NCBI GenBank assembly: GCA_030390025.1
Contig: CM059431.1
Span: 105,836,001 to 105,900,000, forward strand
Source of the DNA: Squalus acanthias
Lineage: Eukaryota
DNA length: 64,000 nucleotides
Reading direction: 5' to 3'
Shown here piece by piece: positions 63,606 through 64,000 of the stretch (its first letter is position 1; each line of letters opens with the position of its first letter). Below the pieces are notes generated by a model. It made no database searches. It was not told where the DNA came from and saw only the letters and a program-made list of their open reading frames with translations. Made by a program: the position numbers and the translations under genes.

Positions 63606-64000
63606 CTCTGTTTCTTTCTCTATCCTGAAATTTCATGGGTTAAGGAGATAGACTCTTGGTCCCGTCGTTCACCACGGTCCCAGATGCCCTGTTGCCCTCG
63701 CCGCACCGTTTTCAGCTCGCACTCCCGGCAAGTTACGGTGCAAAATGAATTCCAGCCAAAGGGTGAGGGAAAAAGTCTAACTAACTGCGAGATGCCCCGC
63801 TCCAGCAATATCCGGCTCATGATCTTAATCGTTTGTTAATCATTCTCATCTTAACTTACTTTTCCAGGACTTGGTTAGGCCTATGAAGCAGAAAAGCGGC
63901 AATATATTTTAGGACCCGAAGGGTGACACAAATAAAACACCATCCTTTCACGTGGTTCCACTGTTACAGGCACGCTCCACTGTCTCAAACATTTTACTGA

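Larger units (their letters stand above)
61347..63818. mobile_element. Outer Harbinger-type MITE split by nested insertions
   Basis: TIRs GGGCTAGATCTTGC / GCAATATCCGGCTC; pieces at 61347-61850 and 63606-63818. Confidence 0.65.

Noticed and set aside
1..64000. Genuine tRNA/rRNA genes, CRISPR arrays or prokaryotic operons
   Set aside because: All tRNA-like A/B boxes are SINE or LINE heads lacking full cloverleafs; I saw no regularly spaced repeat-spacer array; the sequence is vertebrate-like.

Overview
Eukaryotic, repeat-dominated genomic DNA, most likely from a cartilaginous fish (shark/elasmobranch). This is inferred from the repeat content: SacSINE1-like DeuSINEs, shark-type CR1 and L2 LINEs, and Penelope-like termini. 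I could not identify any intact host protein-coding gene; almost every long ORF in the track is a decayed LINE or transposon fragment or its antisense shadow, so the window looks like a large intron or gene desert. Notable items: (1) a heavily eroded retroviral pol (RT plus connection/tether) at ~47.15-48.19 kb, not resolved by the ORF track, whose motifs resemble lokiretrovirus/NYNRIN-like elements; (2) an ORF1-less LINE with a tRNA-like Pol III head, next to a SINE sharing both its 5' and 3' ends; (3) Penelope-like elements with hammerhead-ribozyme cores, including miniature hairpin forms; (4) an RTE insertion flanked by a 217-bp duplication; (5) a ~340-bp fold-back inverted duplication apparently primed by SINE homology; (6) two putative solo LTRs; (7) several Harbinger/hAT-type MITE families, some nested. 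Family names come from motif recall, not database searches, and most repeat boundaries are approximate (+/- 10-30 bp) unless a TSD is given.
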